Source: Stegostoma tigrinum (taxonomy: Eukaryota). From it: a DNA stretch of 64,000 bases. The stretch spans positions 21,288,629 through 21,352,628 of the forward strand of contig NC_081391.1 of NCBI RefSeq assembly GCF_030684315.1, read 5' to 3'. Position 1 is the first letter of the stretch; each line of letters begins with the position of its first letter. The position numbers and the translations under genes are program-made. The notes beneath the pieces are model-generated. The model was not told where the DNA came from. It worked only from the letters and a program-made list of their open reading frames with translations, and searched no databases. Positions 1 to 14,639 of this stretch are shown piece by piece.

Positions 1-467
1 AGGTGGGTGATGGTGATAATGAGGCTGCTGACTGAGCTTTCTGGCTGTGTTCACGAACACATGTCCCTTCATTCAGTTGGACAGGGGCCTAACTGGTCTC
101 CACCTCCTGAACAATAGTGTTTCTAACCTGCAGAGCAGGGATGTCTAATGTCTATAGATAGCTCTCCACTTCATCAGGCACCATGCCACATGTACTGTCT
201 CTCTTTCTCGCTCACACAGGCCAGGGATTGCATTTGCTTTTTGTCCTTGATTTCCAGAAAGCTGGTGAAATATCTGCACAAAGGCTGCTTTAGTATCTGT
301 TGTTTGGGTTATAATCCATGGAAGGTGACTTCCTGCTTTGTCTGTTTTTTTACCACTTAAATGTGGAATCAAGATGGTGCCCAGGTTATTTCCTGAGTGA
401 GGAGTGTCATTCACGAATTTCAGACAGTTTCCTTTTAACCTCTCTCCCTCCCTCCCTCCCTCCACAG

Positions 468-1646
<1,179 letters not shown>

Positions 1647-3731
1647 GTGAGGTCAATAATGTGTCTGTTGTACATGGTGACATAATGCTAGTAACTTGGT
1701 TGTGCTCTGAGCAAATTAAAATAGTGTTCACCATGGAACTGAGTACTTTGTATAATTTCACAGCTGCTTCTGGCTCTTGGTATTGCTGTTTGACACCTGA
1801 TCATTAATTCCTTTTCTGTTCTGATTAACCTTTGATTCAATGCCTGCCCCAGTCGTCTGCTCCTTTTCTCTTCACTTGTTTGTAGGAATTAGGTGGGCAA
1901 TCCTTGCAGTGGAAATTCCACAAGTGTTCAATTTGGGTTTTTGGCTAGTAAGCAGTGTTGTATTGACTTTTTTATTCCAAACCAGCTTCTAGTCAATATC
2001 TTCAGTGAAACCAGCCCCCTGTCTCAATGTTAGACACTGCCCTTGGCAATGTTCAAGTCTCTTTTGTAAATAAGCAGGGGCAGGAAATAGCAGGTTTGGG
2101 GAGCATCTGTGGAGAGAACTGTTCTCAGTCCCAGGACCCAAGATACAGTCACATCTCGTGACAGATGTTGCCAGACCTGTGAGGCTTTCCAGCAATTTTT
2201 TTGTCGCACTTCAAATCTAGCAATTTGAGCATACTTTCACTCTTTTGAACAGGAATATATAGTGGAACATCCAGCATCTAAGATGCACTGATCTTTAGCA
2301 CTTTAGATAAGCAATTGTTTCCAGAGCTGGGAAATAGTTTACTCTCTTTTGCTGCAGTGGGGGAAGGAGTAAGGGCACTGCCTGATTGTAGGAGAATGGC
2401 AAAATTTGTTTTCTCGTGTATCAGTCTTTCTGCTTCTAGACAATGATCCTCATTATGTAATGCAGCAGTGCCCACCTTGGAGCCCCTGTGGTAGAACTTC
2501 TATCATTGCTCTGCAATGTAGAGATGCCAAAGGCTCAGGACACCTAGTAAAAATAAAGCTAGAATGCAAATGCCACTAGCAGAAAGCAGCAGTTTGTGTG
2601 CTTAGCAAGGAAATAAGCTCTCCTGATCTACGCTGACCGGCATGTACCTCCACCTGCAATGTGCTATGGCTGCCTAATTACTGGTGCTCAGGGGTGACAG
2701 TTTCCTTTATTTAAAGGATGAGGATGTCTCTGAGCTGACACCATTTATTTATCCATTGCTCATTGTCCCCAAGGCCAGGTCAGAGTCACACACGTGGCTG
2801 TGGTTGCAGCGTCATACGCAGGCCAGGTAAGGATGGGTTTTTGACACTGAATATAATGCTCCTCATCAGCTTCTTAATTCTAGAACTCCAGAGAGTTGTC
2901 GCACAGAATTAGGAGATCATTCCACCACTCCAGAAACTTGATGGCTCTAGCAGCCACTAGATGCATTCTTTGCACCACTGACACACACGGAGTACACTGT
3001 GTACCGCCTCCCAAAAGCTGGAGAAATCCACCAAAGCTCCTGAGAATACTTTCCAAAGCCCTAATTACTTGCCATGGGAGAAAGGCATCTGATACAGGGG
3101 AAAACCACCCCCTCTAAGTTCTCCATCAAGCTACCTGCCATCCTGAGTTGGAAACACAACACCCCATTCTCCAGTGTCGGTGGATCAGAATCCTGGAATT
3201 CCCTCACTAGGAACATTGTGGATCTGACTACAGCAATTAAAGAAGGAAAGCCACCCCATTCTCTCATGGTGGGTGTGATCTCCGAGCGGGTCAAATACCT
3301 CTGGCTGGGCCGCCTTTTGTGAAATTGTCAAGTTCTAGCTCAACTCCATCTCGAGTGCATGGTTCTAGTAGGTTCAATCCAAAGATGCTTATGCACAGAA
3401 TTTCTGGAATGAACCTGGGCAGAAAGTTAATTGGCTACGATGATAATCGTTTTCCCAAGTCCCTCGATGTAGAAGTGGACGGGATGTCTGTGCTTGGAAT
3501 TTACAAGTGGATTCATGGATTTGACAGGGTAGATAGAGAGATCCTGCTTCTTTTCAATTCACATCCAGGACTGAGAGGGGGGAATATGATTACATTCCTA
3601 GCAGTAGAAGTAAATCATCCATGATAAAGCAAAAAACAGCTGCTTTTTGGAAAGGATAATATGTGAATGAGCAGTTAGATATTTATTCGGTAAGATGTTG
3701 ATGTTGCCAATCACTTTCCCATTGGAACATA

Positions 3732-4907
3732 TGACCAAACAGGTAGATGAGAGTAAACCGGTTGATGTGGTGTATATGCATTTCGGCAAGGCGTTCGATT
3801 AGGCTCCCCACAGTAGGCTATTGTACAAAATGCGGAGGAATGGGATTGTGGGAGATATAGCAGTTTGGATCAGAAATTGGCTTGCTGAAAGAAGACAGGG
3901 TGGTGGTTGATGGGAAATGTTCATCCTGGAGACCGGTTACTCGCGGTGTACCGCAAGGGTCCGTGTTGGGTCCACTGCTGTTTGTCATTTTTATAAACGT
4001 AGAAGGATGGGTTAGTAAATTTGCAGATGACACTAAGGTCGGTGGAGATGTGGGTAGTGACGAAGAATGTTGTAGGTTACAGAGAGACGTGGATAAGTTG
4101 CAGAGCTGGGCTGAGAGGTGGCAAATGGAGGTTAATGCCGACAAGTGTGAGGTGATGCACTTTGGTAGGAGGAACCGGAAGGCAAAGTACTGTAAGATTC
4201 TTGGTAGTGTAGATGAGCAGCGAGATCTCGGTGACCATGTACACAGATCCTTGAAAGTTGCCACCCAGGTTGACAGGGTTGTTAAGAAGGCATACAGTGT
4301 TTTAGCTTTTATGAATACAGGGATCGTGTTCCGGAACCAAGAGGTTATGCTGCAGCTGTACAAAACTCTTGTGCGGCCGCACTTGTAGCATTGCGTACAG
4401 TTCTGGTCACCGCATTATAAGAAGGATGTGGAAGTTTTGGAAAGGGTGCAGAGGAGGTTTACTGGGATGTTGCCTGGTATGGAGGGAAAGTCTTACGAGC
4501 AAAGGCTGAGGGACTTGAGGCTGTTTTCGTTAGAGAAAAGAAGGTTGAGAGGTGACTTAATTGAGACATCTAAGATAATCAAAGGGTTAGACAGGTTGGA
4601 TAGGGAGAGCCTTTTTCCCAAGACGGAGACAGCGAGCACGAGGGGCATAGCTTTAAATTGAGGGGTGAAAGATATACGACAGATGTCAGAGGTAGTTTCT
4701 TTACTCAGAGAATAGCAAGGGTGTGGAACGTTTTGCCTGCAACGGTAGGAGATTCACCAACGTTAAGTACGTTTAAGTTGTCATTGGACAAGCATATGGA
4801 CGTACATGGAATAGTGTAGGTTAGATGAGCTTCAGATCGGTATGACAGGTCGGCACAACGTCAAGGGCCGAAGGGCCTGTACTGTGCTGTCATGTTCTCT
4901 GTTCTAT
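3732..4907 (+). mobile_element. 5'-truncated CR1 LINE (RT C-terminal half plus 3' tail)
   Basis: GVPQGSVLGP and KFADDTK motifs; GTTCTAT-type tail; TSD AACATA at 3726-3731 and 4908-4913. Confidence 0.92.
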
Positions 4908-4929
4908 AACATAAAAGATGAATGCATTT

Positions 4930-5452
4930 AAGATTATTTTCATTAGAAGGGTGATGGGGTCGGGGGGGAACCTGACTGAGGTCAACAAAATCATGAGAAC
5001 TATAGACAAGGTGAATAGCAAGAAGCTTTTTCCCAGAGTCGGGGATTCAATGACTCGGAGTCATGAGTTCAAAATAAGAGCAAAGTTTAGAGGGGATTTG
5101 GTTAGATTGCCTACAGTGTGGAAACAGGCCCTTTTAGCCAAAAATGTCCACACTGGCCCTTGAAGCATCCCACCAAAACCCCCCACACTTCTGAACGCTA
5201 CGGGCAATTTATCATGTGGATGTGTGGCAAGCTCTTTACGCAGAGGTTGGAGGGTGCCTGGCACACTTTGCCTGTGGAGGTGGTAGACGAAGTCACGCAA
5301 GTGTCTTTTTAAGATGTATCAGGACAGGTACATGGATGGGCAGGGAGCAAAGGGATACTGACCCTAGAAAAGAGATGACAGACTTACACAGGATCTCGAT
5401 CGGTGCAGGCTTGGAGGGCCGAAGGGCCTGTTCCTGTGCTGTGATTTTCTTT
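4930..5452 (+). mobile_element. Decayed CR1 3' fragment with a nested repeat piece; remnant of F-type intron 1
   Basis: Matches the part of gene F intron 1 from ~37450 to 37985; ends in a GGCCGAAGGGCCTGTTCCTGTGCTGT tail. Confidence 0.6.
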
Positions 5453-5559
5453 GTTCTTAAATGTGGAGTCAAGATAGTGACCAGGTTAGTTTCTGATTGA
5501 GGAGTGCCATTGATTAACATCAGATATGTTTCCCTTTCCTGCCTTTCTCTTCCCCACGG

Positions 5560-6770
<1,211 letters not shown>

Positions 6771-8716
6771 ATGGGGTCAATATCTATATCTGTTGTACAA
6801 GGTGACCTCATTCTACTAAATGACTAGTTGTGCTCTGAGCAAATTAAAATAGTGTTCACCATGGAACTGAGCACAGTGTGTAATTTTCATAGCTTCTGGT
6901 TCTTGGAGCTTTTTGTGTTTTAATGTCTGATCATCAATCCTTTGTTCTTTGTGACAAGCTTTTGATTCAATGCCTGCCCCAGTACCTTGATCAGTGTTTG
7001 ATTCTGCTGTATCTGGGGATTGAGTGGGCAATCCTTTAATTGGAAATTCCATAACTGGTAAGGTTGTTGACAGATAAATCAGCATTACTGACATGTACTC
7101 ACAGGGACAAGTTTGCAGGACCAGCTTCTAATCAATACACTGACTGAAATCATTCCTTTGCCTAAAGGGTAGGCACTGATCTAATGCACTGCCCTTGGCC
7201 ATGTGTTTGCATCTCTTTTAAATAAGGAGATTCTGGAAACCAGGAACACAACCTGCTGGGAAATCTCAGGTTGGGCAGCATTGGTAGGGAGAAGGGTTGA
7301 ACAGAACCTGGACATGAGACACTCAATCATCTCTTGATTGACTTTGTTGCCTGACAGTGAGGTGTTTTCCAGCAATTTGTTCTCATGCCTAGATGTTAGT
7401 GATTTTAGTAGTTTGTAAAATTCCTCCTTACAAGACTAAGATACAATGCTTTTCCACAGTCTCTTTTTTTCTTTGACATAAGCAATTGCTCATGTCATTG
7501 TTCCCAGAGCTAGGGAATTAGTTTCTTCAGTATTTCCTTTATACATGTAGGAGAAGGAAAAATCTACCTTCTCTTAGAATGCTAACGTCTAGGAACGGCC
7601 ATGCGAATGAAGCGGTGCCCACCTCGTTCCCTGTGTGATAATTTCTATTATTACCCTGCAACGAAGAGGTGACAAATACTGAGGATGCCTGGTGGAAAAT
7701 CAAGCTAAAATACAAATACCATGTGCAGAATCGGCAGTTCCAATTTTTACGTTTATTAATCTTCAGCAGGAGAGCTGATCTGGCTGACCTGTGACTCCAA
7801 ACAGTGCACTGTGGTGGCCTAATCACTATCAATCAGCCCTGAATTACAATGTGACTGGTTTGTGTAAGTGCTTTAACAGGATCAGGCTATCACTGACAGG
7901 CAGCATTTATTATCCATCTCTGATTACCCACCCAGCCCATGAGTAATTCAAATTAAACCCCTTTGCTCTGCCTGTGGCGTTACGCAAAGGCCCGATCAGG
8001 TAAGGATGGCAGTTTCTTACGAACAAGGACATTAGTGAACCAGAAGAGGCTTGTTTGGACCATCTCTTCTGGAAAGAGAATGATGTGCATGAAATTCTGT
8101 CAAGTCAGACAGTATCAGGATTACAGGTGTCAGTCTAACACTCCAGAATGTTGACAGCCTCCAGCAAACGAGCAGCCACTTTCGTCTATCCTTCCACCAC
8201 TGACATACGCAGAGACTGCAATATATACCATCTACCAAATGCTGTAGGAATCCACCAAAGCTCCTCAGACAACTTCTTAAAACCGTAACTACTTTCCATC
8301 GGACAAGGGCAGATGATATGTGGGAACTTTTTGAGTGCGAGCAGCAGCGGAGGCAAGACGGACCCGGAAGACTGCAGCTAAGGTAAAGCAGTTTATTTTT
8401 AAAATTACTTACCGGTAGCGGGCAGCGGTGTTTTTTTTTGCTCTTTCAGAGAAGGAGCGGGAGCATCAGAGGAAGTGACGAGGACCAGAGGGGCAGCCGG
8501 GAAGGAAAGCAGTGACCATATATATCAGCAAGGCAGCTAAACCCGAGACTCTACAACTGTAGTGTCACCCACCCGCCCTCCTCCTCTAACCTAGTTAATA
8601 AGGTAAGGTTCATTCTAAACTTTCTCTATTGAACATAAGTTTGTTATTAATTTGTTATTATTACTTGAAGTGAGCTTTCTGCTTTAGTACTGAGTGGGTG
8701 TTCAGATAAGTGGGGT

Positions 8717-9652
8717 ATGGATGCTAGGGCAGTTGCTTGCTCCTCCTGCAAAATGTGGCAGTTGGGAGATGTGGCACACGTCTCCGCTGGCTACATCTGC
8801 GGGAAGTGCACCCAGCTACAGCTCCTTGAAAACCGTGTTAGGGAAATGGAGCTGGAGCTGGATGAACTACGGATCATTCGGGAGGCAGAGGGGGTAATTG
8901 AGAGGAGTTATCGGGAGTTGGTCACTCCTAAGGCTCAGGACGAGGATAGATGGGTTACAGTTAGGGGGAGGAAAGGGGACAGACAGACAGTGCAGAGATC
9001 CCCTGTGGGCATTCCCCTCAGCAATAAGTATACCGTTTTGGATACTGCTGGGGGGGTTGACCTACCAGAGGAAAGCCATAGTAGTCAGTTCTCTGGCACT
9101 GAGCCTGACACTGTGGCAAAGAAGGGAAGGGGGCAGAATAGAAAAGTACTCGTGGTAGGGGACTCGATAGTTAGGGGAATCGACAGGAGATTTTGTGGGC
9201 AAGATCGGGATTCCCGGAAGGTATGTTGCCTCCCTGGTGCCAGGGTCCGGGACGTCTCCGATCGGGTGTATAAAGTTCTGAAAGGGGAGGGTGAACAGCC
9301 AGAAATCGTGTTACATATTGGCACAAATGATATAGCCAGAAATAGGTTTGAGGATATAAAAAGTGATTTCAGGGAGTTAGGATGGAAGCTGCAGAGCAGG
9401 ACGAACAGAGTAGTGTTCTCTGGTTTACTACCGGTGCCACGAGATAGCGAGGTGAGGAACAGGGAGCGGGCGCAGCTGAACACGTGGCTACGCAGCTGGT
9501 GTAGGAGGGAGGGTTTCAGATATGTTGATAATTGGGATGCCTTCTGGGGAAGGTGGGACCTGTACAAGAAGGACGGGTTGCATCTGAACTGGAAGGGGAC
9601 CAATGTCCTGGGTGGAAGGTTTGCTCGAGTAGTTCGAGAGGGTTTAAACTAG
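8717..9652 (+). CDS. CR1 ORF1p (311 aa): zinc finger, coiled coil and SGNH esterase domain
   Basis: CSSC...CGKC; heptad-like LQLLENRVREMELELDELR; SGNH blocks VVGDS, PGA, HIGTND, DGLH. Confidence 0.93.
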   Translation: MDARAVACSSCKMWQLGDVAHVSAGYICGKCTQLQLLENRVREMELELDELRIIREAEGVIERSYRELVTPKAQDEDRWVTVRGRKGDRQTVQRSPVGIPLSNKYTVLDTAGGVDLPEESHSSQFSGTEPDTVAKKGRGQNRKVLVVGDSIVRGIDRRFCGQDRDSRKVCCLPGARVRDVSDRVYKVLKGEGEQPEIVLHIGTNDIARNRFEDIKSDFRELGWKLQSRTNRVVFSGLLPVPRDSEVRNRERAQLNTWLRSWCRREGFRYVDNWDAFWGRWDLYKKDGLHLNWKGTNVLGGRFARVVREGLN

Positions 9653-12542
9653 TATGGCAGGGGGGTGGGAACCTGAGCTGTATACCAGAGGTGAGCGTTG
9701 ATGCAGGTGAGGCAGTAGCAAGAGGTAGACCAGCTAGTGGGAAGGATTTTCCTGGGAAGGAACCAAGGGATCGGTTAAAGTGTGTTTGCTTTAATGCAAG
9801 GAGTATCAGGAATAAAAGTGATGAACTTAGAGCATGGATCAGTACCTGGTGCTATGATGTTGTGGCCATAACAGAGACATGGGTTTCTCATGGGCTGGAA
9901 TGGTTGCTGGATATTCCAGGGTTTAGAACATTTAAAAAGAATAGGGAGGGGGGAAAAAGAGGAGGGGGTGTAGCACTACTAATCAGAGAGGGTATCACAG
10001 CTACAGAAGCTTCCATTGTCGAGGAAGATCTGCCTACTGAGTCAGTATGGGTGGAAATTAGGAACAGCAAGGGAGTAGTCACCTCGTTAGGGGTTTACTA
10101 CAGGCCCCCCAATAGCAGCAGGGAGATTGTAGAAAGCATAGGTCGACAGATTTTGGAAAAGTGTGCACGCAGTAGGGTTGTTGTAATGGGTGACTTTAAC
10201 TTTCCTAATATTGATTGGAACCTCCTTCGAGCAGAAGGATTTGAATGGAGCTGTTTTTGTAAGGTGTGTTCAGGAGGGTTTCCTAACGCAGTACGTTGAC
10301 AGGCCGACGAGGGGAGAGGCCATTCTAGACTTGGTGCTCGGAAACGAGCCGGGGCAGGTATCAGATCTTGTGGTGGGAGAGCATTTTGGTGATAGTGACC
10401 ATAACACTCTCTCATTCTACATAGCTATGGAGAAGGAGAGGATTAGGCAGAATGGGAGGATATTTAATTGGGGAAGAGGAAACTATGATGCGATTAGACA
10501 CGAGTTAGGAAGCATGGACTGGGAGCAGTTGTTCCATGGTAAGGGAACTATAGACATGTGGAGATGGTTTAAGGAACAGTTGTTGGGAGTGATGAGTAAA
10601 TATGTCCCTCTGAGACAGGCAAGACGGGGTAAGATAAAGGAACCTTGGATGACGAGAGCGGTGGAGCTTCTAGTGAAAAGGAAGAAGGTAGCTTACATAA
10701 GGTGGAGGAAGCTAGGGTCAAGTTCAGCTAGAGAGGATTACATGCAGGCAAGGAAGGAGCTCAAAAATGGTCTGAGGAGAGCCAGGAGGGGGCACGAGAA
10801 AGGCTTGGCAGAAGGAATCCGGGAAAACACAAAGGCATTTTACACTTACGTGAGGAATAAGAGAATGGTCAAAGAAAGAGTAGGGCCGATCAGGGATAGC
10901 ATAGGGAACTTGTGTGTGGAGCCTGAGGAGGTAGGGGAAGCCCTAAATGAGTTTTTTGCTTCTGTCTTTACGAAAGAAACGACCTGTGTAGTGAATGAAA
11001 CCTTTTGAAGAGCAGGTGTGCATGCTGGAATGGATAGAGATAGAGGAAGCTGATGTACTGAAAATTTTGTCAAACATTAAGATTGACAAGTCGCCAGGCC
11101 CGGATCAGATTTGTCCTCGGCTGCTTTGGGAAGCGAGAAATGCAATTGCTTCGCCACTTGCGAAGATCTTTGCATCCTCGCTCTCCACTGGAGTCGTACC
11201 TGAGGACTGGAGAGAGGCAAATGTAATTCCTCTCTTCAAGAAAGGAAATAGGGAAATCCCCGGCAATTATAGACCGGTAAGTCTCACGTCTGTCGTCTGC
11301 AAGGTGTTAGAAAGGATTCTGAGGGATAAGATTTATGACCATCTGGAAGAGCATGGCTTGATCAAATACAGTCAACACGGCTTTGTGAGGGGTAGGTCAT
11401 GCCTTACAAACCTTATCGAGTTTTTTGAGGATGTGACTAGTAAGGTTGATGAGGGTCAAGCTGTGGATGTGGTGTATATGGACTTCAGTAAGGCATTTGA
11501 TAAGGTTCCCCATGGAAGGCTCATTCAGAAGGTCAGGAGGAATGGGATACAGGGGAACTTAGCTGCTTGGATACAGAATTGGCTGGCCAACAGAAGACAG
11601 CGAGTGGTAGTAGAAGGAAAATATTCTGCCTGGAAGTCAGTGGTGAGTGGGGTTCCACAGGGCTCTGTCCTTGGGCCTCTACTGTTTGTAATTTTTATTA
11701 ATGACTTGGACGAGGGAATTGAAGGATGGGTCAGCAAGTTTGCAGACGACACAAAGGTCGGAGGTGTCGTTGACAGTGTAGAGGGCTGTTGTAGGCTGCA
11801 GCGGGACATTGACAGGATGCAGAGATGGGCTGAGAGGTGGCAGATGGAGTTCAACCTGGATAAATGCGAGGTGATGCATTTTGGAAGGTCGAATTTGAAA
11901 ACTGAGTACAGGATTAAGGATAGGATTCTTGGCAGCGTGGAGGAACAGAGGGATCTTGGTGTGCAGATACATAGATCCCTTAAAATGGCCACCCAAGTGG
12001 ACAGGGTTGTTAAGAAAGCATATGGTGTTTTGGCTTTCATTAACAGGGGGATTGAGTTTAAGAGTCGTGAGATCTTGTTGCAGCTCTATAAAACTTTGGT
12101 TAGACCGCACTTGGAATACTGCGTCCAGTTCTGGGCGCCCTATGATAGGAAAGATGTGGATGCTTTGGAGAGGGTTCAGAGGAGGTTTACCAGGATGCTG
12201 CCTGGACTGGAGGGCTTATCTTACGAAGAGAGGTTGACTGAGCTCGGTCTCTTTTCATTGGAGAAAAGGAGGAGGAGAGGGGACCTAATTGAGGTATACA
12301 AGATAATGAGAGGCATAGATAGAGTCGATAGCCACAGACTATTTCCCAGGGCAGAAATGGCTAGCACGAGGGGTCATAGTTTTAAGCTGGTTGGTGGAAA
12401 GTATAGAGGGGATGTCAGAGGCAGGTTCTTTACGCAGAGAGTTGTGAGAGCATGGAATGCGTTGCCAGCAGCAGTTGTGGAAGCAAGGTCATTGGGGTCA
12501 TTTAAGAGACTGCTGGACATGCATATGGTCACAGAAATTTGA
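9643..12542 (+). CDS. CR1 ORF2p (APE endonuclease plus reverse transcriptase), interrupted by two apparent +1 T insertions (10240-10242, 11003-11006)
   Basis: FNARS, AITETW, GGGVALL, YRPP, MGDFN, SDHN endonuclease motifs; NYRPVSLTS, QHGF, DFSKAFD, PQGS, FADD RT motifs across three frames. Confidence 0.92.
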
Positions 12543-13299
12543 GGGTGCATCCATGAGGATCAATGGTCGGCACAACATTGTGGGCTGAAGGGCCTGTTCT
12601 GTGCTGTACTGTTCTATGTTCTATGTTCTAACACCACGTTCTACACCAAACCACCGATCAGCTGGTGTTGGAAACATCGCTCCCAGGTTCCCTCCCGAAC
12701 AGCAGTATGGGTTTGATTACACCAAATGGGCAACAGTAATGCAAGAAGGCAAGTCACCACATTCTCTAAACTAATGTTGGCCCTGATCTCTGAGGGGTTC
12801 AAATACCTCTGGATGAAGAGGTTTTGGTGAAATGGTCAAGTTCCTGTTCAACCATAGCTGGAGTGCACAGTTCTGGCAGGTTCGACCCAAAGATGGTTAT
12901 GCACGGAATTTCTGGAAGTAACCTGGACAGAGAGATGGTTAATTCATGATAACGGCTTGTCTAGTCCCTCTGTGTCGGAAGTTAAGGGATGGCTGCAATT
13001 GATAATTTTCAGAGGATTAATGGATTTGACAGGGTAGAGAGGAAAGAACCCATTTCTTCTCAATGATCATCTCGGACTGTGCGCAGAATGGGATGACAAT
13101 CTTCACATTAGAATTACATCATCCAGGATAATATCAAAAACAATTTCTTTGTGGAAAGGACAATATCTGCACACACAGATATTTACTGCACAAGGTTTGA
13201 TGTTGCCAATCACTTTCCAATTTCAACAAAAAAAAGTGAGTAATGCATTTTTGTCGAAGAAACACAAAGTCAAAACAGGCTCGATGTTACAAATCTGAT

Positions 13300-13990
13300 G
13301 TGAGTACAGGAGCTCAGCGACTTTCAGTTTCAAGTATGTGATTATCTGAAAGTGGTCAGGCAGGATGAAGCTGTTATTAATGGAGATTGAGCCACTTTTG
13401 TGAACCTTGTGTTTTCAAATTGAGGCATCGAGTATAAAAGCAACGAATTGATGTTACACCTCTACAAATCATTGGTTAGACCACATTTCCATTATGTACT
13501 CAGTTCTGGGCGTGACATTCAAGGAAGGATGTGAAAAACCTCAAAAGTGTTCAAAGGTGATTTATTACAATGACCCCAGGAATGGGGAATTTTAGATACA
13601 CGGAAAGATTAAGGAAAATGGGGGAAATCTCCTTGTAGGTGACCTTATTGACGTGATCAAAACTATGATCAATTTTGTCAGAGTAAAGCAGGATATTCTG
13701 ATTTCAGCAGTTGACTTGTCAGTGACGAGGGGTCACAGTTTGTCAGTAGGGGAGATCAGAGTGAAATGGTTAGAAAACTCTTTGCTCAGAAAGTTGTTCG
13801 GATTTGGAATGTGCTGCCTGGGAGAGTGACGGAGGTCGATTCCATGGTTGGTTTCAGAACAAGAGTTGGATATGTCGTTGGAAGTGACGAATTTAGAGAG
13901 TGACAGAGATAGGGCTGGAAAGTGAGACTAATCAGGTAGCTCTTTCAGAAGCTATTACAGGAACGGTGGGCTGAACGGCCTCCTGTTGTG
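13300..13990 (+). mobile_element. Ancient decayed CR1 3' remnant repeated in the spacers (also ~21050-21750, 28200-28790, 34860-35570, 41520-42240, 53460-54165, 60060-60350)
   Basis: Degenerate CTCTACAAATCATTGGTTAGACCACA...CAGTTCTGG (LYKSLVRPH...QFW) and GGGCTGAACGGCCTCC tail; boundaries approximate. Confidence 0.6.
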
Positions 13991-14639
13991 AAAAACGCTC
14001 TGAATTTCCACTCAGGAAATTCTGAGAGTTTGGGGACGGGGTTTGAATTCCACCTGTACAAGGCACCTTTAATGTGGGAAAGCTGTTACACGCCAGCAGA
14101 GACATGGTCCTTTACACAAGGTAGACCCAGTTCCACTGGCAAAGAAATGTTGACTGGGGATCCCCCCACTGCTGACCAACACCCACTGTCACAGCCAACG
14201 ATCGCACACACCTATCTTCCACCTGGATGGCCGCTGGGGACTGGTTTTGCATTGCACTTTATCAGGACCCTCCCCTCGATCGTACCATCCTGGGTGGCCC
14301 TGCCAGGAGGTGAAATCCTCTTCACTTATCACTCTGAGAACCAACAGAACACTCGAGGCTTTCCATCACTGCGAGGTGACAATCCACGGGCAGGAGCTGG
14401 AGGCAGGGAGATTCTGCTCAGGTACAGACCCACCACAGAATCGGAGAATTGTTATGGCACAGCAGGAGGCCATTCGGTCCTTTGTGCCTGTACCTGTTCT
14501 GGTTGTTTTCTAAATCTGCCTGTAGAGATGATTTAAGATCTCTGGATCTGGTAGGAACTTGTACCAAGGCCTCCTGGTCCACAGCTAGGGACATGACCCC
14601 TTAACCACAAGACCCTGGCTGCGCTAGTTGCACAAACGT

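Larger units (their letters stand above)
8328..12629 (+). mobile_element. Full-length CR1-clade LINE, ~4.3 kb, young insertion
   Basis: 5'UTR, ORF1, ORF2 and (GTTCTAT)n tail; flanked by AAC; empty paralogous site GTGGGAAC|ACCACG at ~52808. Confidence 0.96.

Noticed and set aside
3319-3624. Recurrent 101-aa ORF MKLSSSSSTP (also 19421, 47800)
   Set aside because: Starts at GTG, has no recognisable domain, and recurs only through duplication; not open in other spacer copies
9532-9642. ORF2 initiation at 9532
   Set aside because: Codon is TTG directly after a stop and inside ORF1; artefact of the ORF caller
11525-12110. Minus-strand ORFs over CR1 RT and ferritin exons
   Set aside because: Antisense shadows of the coding strand
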